Virus record (IMG/VR): IMGVR_UViG_3300036790_000049
Coordinates: 885-64,884 of that record
Direction: 5' to 3' (one strand)
Length of the DNA: 64,000 nucleotides
From: a virus
The translations under genes and the position numbers were made by a program. Below are positions 61,375-64,000 of the stretch, piece after piece. The stretch's first letter is position 1. Each line of letters begins with the position of its first letter. Below the pieces are notes generated by a model. The model did no database searches. It saw only the letters and a program-made list of their open reading frames with translations, and was not told the DNA's origin.

Positions 61375-63057
61375 CTACTCAAAGCTCCAGAGTCGGCGTC
61401 CGACTTTTTCCTTTTGCTGTCCTGGCAGTTCTAGGTCACCAGCGAGGTACAGACGCCGGACGAGCCGGGCGCCGATCATGGCCACGCAAGCGTCAATCTT
61501 TTTCGGTGAGTCTGGCGACTCTTTGCTAATGCTCACTCCCCACCGGTTCGGAGAACGCCGCGAATTGATCACATGCCGTGCCAGTCGCGAGTCGCCGTCG
61601 TGCTGGAATGACTTGTCCTCCACGATCTCATTGAGCGTTAGCTCGGTAGCCATCGTGAAGTCGTAAACGTGTGTCCGCATATCCCAGGCGATCGGGAGTT
61701 TTTCCTTTCCTCCCGGTACTGCCCAGATCTTTAGCCGTTCGGCATATCGCTGCGGCCAGGTTGTCCGCGCGAACGACTCCCATTCCCTGACGTCCGCAAA
61801 GAACCCGACCGGTGTCCACTTGTTGAACGCGAACTCTACCGCAGCGTCAATCTCATTGACCGGTACCGGCACTACTTCCTTGGTTCCGTCGCGAAGTTTC
61901 TGCGGAGCCCAGATGTCAATGGTGAAGACGAACCCGGAATCGATGTGACACCCGATGAGAGCGGTGTTGTCCTGGGTTCGTGAGCCGTCAAAGAACAGGG
62001 CGATCTCGTCGCCGTCCGGAATCTTGAAATCTGGACAGGCAAGCTGTGACCATTCCTGCGGCTGTACCCACGCGCGGGCAGAACTGCGCGGCTGATTGAG
62101 GTAGAAGCGCCGTGACACCTCTGGCTTGGTGCGTGCGCTGAGAATTTTGCCTTTGGTGTTCCGCTGGTCTACCCAGAAGCAATCGTCATAGACGAATGCG
62201 AGTGCCTTCTCGATACTTAGCTCGCTAGTCAGGTCTGTTTCCGGCGGTGCAATGCGAGCATCGTACAGAATCTGCAACTCAGAGAGCGTCTGGCCCTCTT
62301 CCTGCGCTACCCAGGCGTCGTAGGTTAGCTCCGCGACCGATTCCGCACCAGGTTCCCATGCGTTGCACGTCTCGACCGCCCGGCTTGCCGTCTTGCCGAG
62401 GTTACGGTCCATGACTTCTGCCAGATCGTGCCCTCCGTTGACCCGGTTCCAGTGCTCGGTCTCGTCCATCACCGCGAAAGTGGTCAGCGCGCCCTCTTCG
62501 GCAGAGGCCGACGAGGTGATGACGCGCAATTCACCACCAGAATCGTCATACATCACCGTTTTGCCGACGTCGATGTTGTATTTCTGGACCATGCGGCTCT
62601 TTTTAGTCGCGAGCGCGCGTACCATCCGCATTGTGTTGGCGGTCTGGGACTCTGCTGTGGCCGCAATCTCGATCAATGGCATATCGACGCGTTTACCGAC
62701 GCATCCGCCTGGTACTTTCTTGTCGAAATCCTTGAGTCGTACCGGCGCGCAGAATTCTATCCAGCAATGCGCGCCCGCATTCGGGGATTTGCCCGCGCCT
62801 TTTGCCAGTCTCCGCACGCCGTGGTCGAATATGAAGCGGCCATCCGGGTACACGGAGTACCACCAGAGGTACCAGCGCACCTGCGACTCCACGAACTGCC
62901 ACCGCTGACCCGCTCGCGGGCCGTTCGGGTGCTTGAGCCACGAGCTTGCCCACCGGATCGCTTCCCACCCTAGGGTTAGTTCTGGAATTCCAGACGGAAG
63001 CGTGACAAGCCGGTCCATAGGTGCGACTGGCGGCCGGGTATGAACCGTGTTGCTCAC
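61375..63057 (-). CDS. terL: terminase large subunit
   Basis: RRLAKGAGKSP Walker A, VMDETEHW Walker B, LFFDGS..D.TAL and KIDA.VA nuclease motifs. Confidence 0.92.
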   Translation of the reverse strand: MSNTVHTRPPVAPMDRLVTLPSGIPELTLGWEAIRWASSWLKHPNGPRAGQRWQFVESQVRWYLWWYSVYPDGRFIFDHGVRRLAKGAGKSPNAGAHCWIEFCAPVRLKDFDKKVPGGCVGKRVDMPLIEIAATAESQTANTMRMVRALATKKSRMVQKYNIDVGKTVMYDDSGGELRVITSSASAEEGALTTFAVMDETEHWNRVNGGHDLAEVMDRNLGKTASRAVETCNAWEPGAESVAELTYDAWVAQEEGQTLSELQILYDARIAPPETDLTSELSIEKALAFVYDDCFWVDQRNTKGKILSARTKPEVSRRFYLNQPRSSARAWVQPQEWSQLACPDFKIPDGDEIALFFDGSRTQDNTALIGCHIDSGFVFTIDIWAPQKLRDGTKEVVPVPVNEIDAAVEFAFNKWTPVGFFADVREWESFARTTWPQRYAERLKIWAVPGGKEKLPIAWDMRTHVYDFTMATELTLNEIVEDKSFQHDGDSRLARHVINSRRSPNRWGVSISKESPDSPKKIDACVAMIGARLVRRLYLAGDLELPGQQKEKVGRRLWSFE

Positions 63058-63497
63058 GGAACGGCCTTAAGCTTGGTGTACCAGTTATCGGCTTCCTCGT
63101 CACCGGCCGATTCGTCCGGGTCGGCAGTGCCCGCAGCGCGGTCTAGCTCTATCTGGACCCTGCGTCGTGACGACTCGGTGCACAAGAGATCGCCGCACGC
63201 CTGCACCACTACCGCCGCGAGCCCCGCAGTCGGGTGCCGGATCGTCTCCATCATCAGACGGCCGACATAAACCGCAGTCGCCCAGTCCGAATCCGCGAAA
63301 TATATGGCCTGCCCTGACGTGCGGAGCGCGTCGTACCACTCACGAGCGAATCCATCGAGCCATTCCGGTGCCTCTGGTCCGCATATGTCTTCGGTTGCAT
63401 TAGGAACGTGGTCAACTCCGGAGTCCCATCCACCGGCCCTATTGGGATTTCCTAGATGCTGATCACTTCGTTTCTTTTGGGCAGGCATTACGCCCAT
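63054..63497 (-). CDS. terS: terminase small subunit
   Basis: W..L..SGQ..YF..SDW; L..TE..RRR..IEL; GTGA overlap with terL. Confidence 0.85.
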   Translation of the reverse strand: MGVMPAQKKRSDQHLGNPNRAGGWDSGVDHVPNATEDICGPEAPEWLDGFAREWYDALRTSGQAIYFADSDWATAVYVGRLMMETIRHPTAGLAAVVVQACGDLLCTESSRRRVQIELDRAAGTADPDESAGDEEADNWYTKLKAVP

Positions 63498-63599
63498 CCT
63501 TTCCCGCTATTACAGCGGCTCCAAACTGTAAACGCCCGCCCAGAGTCTATCTCGACTCCGAGCGGGCGTCTACTTCGCCCCTCCGCCTCTGTGCTGGGC

Positions 63600-64000
63600 T
63601 CAGCTAGAGGCGGGCTGGGCGTCCGGCGTGCCGCTGGCAGCGGTCGGGTCCGAGCCGGACCCGTCCGTGCTCCCGGCTCCGCCGTCACTCGTGACGTCCC
63701 CACTGTCCCCGGCGTCCGTGCTGCCGTCCGTCGGGGTCGTGCTGCCGTCCGTGCCGTCGTCGCCACCGCTGGCGGGAGCGGCAGGCGGAACGAGACCGGC
63801 GGCCGACGCGGCGGCGGCGGACAGGCCCGACGCCACGCTGTCCAGGCTGGACACGGCCGACTGCAACCCCGAGAGGTCGAGCGGCTGGCCGGTGGTCTGC
63901 TGCGCCTGAGCGGCGAGCGCGGCGTTGAGTTCGGTCTGGACCTGCGCCACGGCGGTTGCGAGTGTGCTCTCGTCGCCCTGCAACTGCGTTACCAGCGCGT
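63600..64000 (-). CDS. hypothetical protein, 5'-truncated by the window edge
   Basis: Frame open to position 64000; coiled coil then Asp/Gly/Ser-rich tail. Confidence 0.55.
   Translation of the reverse strand, partial: ALVTQLQGDESTLATAVAQVQTELNAALAAQAQQTTGQPLDLSGLQSAVSSLDSVASGLSAAAASAAGLVPPAAPASGGDDGTDGSTTPTDGSTDAGDSGDVTSDGGAGSTDGSGSDPTAASGTPDAQPASS

Noticed and set aside
5300-64000. Many long plus-strand ORFs (e.g. 11263..12258, 42121..43080, 33349..34185) in the six-frame track
   Set aside because: They are antisense shadows of well-supported minus-strand genes, expected in high-GC DNA, and lack RBSs or domain motifs.
1-64000. Integrase, repressor or attP indicating a temperate lifestyle
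   Set aside because: No tyrosine or serine recombinase or HTH repressor motif recognised in this window; they could lie outside it.

Overview
High-GC actinobacteriophage (siphovirus-type) genome segment. No integrase, repressor, tRNA, rRNA or CRISPR array is recognisable in the window. From 64000 down to ~5300 nearly all real genes are on the minus strand: terminase, portal, MuF-like protein, scaffold, HK97-fold capsid, head-tail proteins, major tail, frameshifted tail chaperones, tape measure, Dit and minor tails, membrane/holin trio, two enzymatic tail proteins (GH135/spherulin-4 and beta-helix). A sigma70-like promoter (~39.3 kb) then precedes a replication/recombination/nucleotide module (DUF6011, DUF2786, SNF2 helicase, Ala/Lys-rich DNA-binding protein, Cas4-like nuclease, Sak4-like ATPase, SSB-like, FAD oxidoreductase, SAM methyltransferase, ThyX, DUF1599-like, UDG-like, HAD phosphatase, DnaE, exported proteins, RuvC-like, primase-D5 helicase). 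This is followed by an AT-rich putative origin, small beta-rich proteins, HNH and a DUF1906 lysin. A converging plus-strand arm (1-4638) carries small genes with a shared extended Shine-Dalgarno and a DUF3631 ATPase. A repeat-rich non-coding block (4640-5300) separates the two arms. The most unusual signal is a dispersed 27-bp element (three tandem 9-bp units, NCCGGAACY-like). I count 21 clear copies, in-frame inside genes and, repeatedly, just after stop codons and ahead of strong hairpins. All protein calls are from motif recognition by eye; no database search was run.
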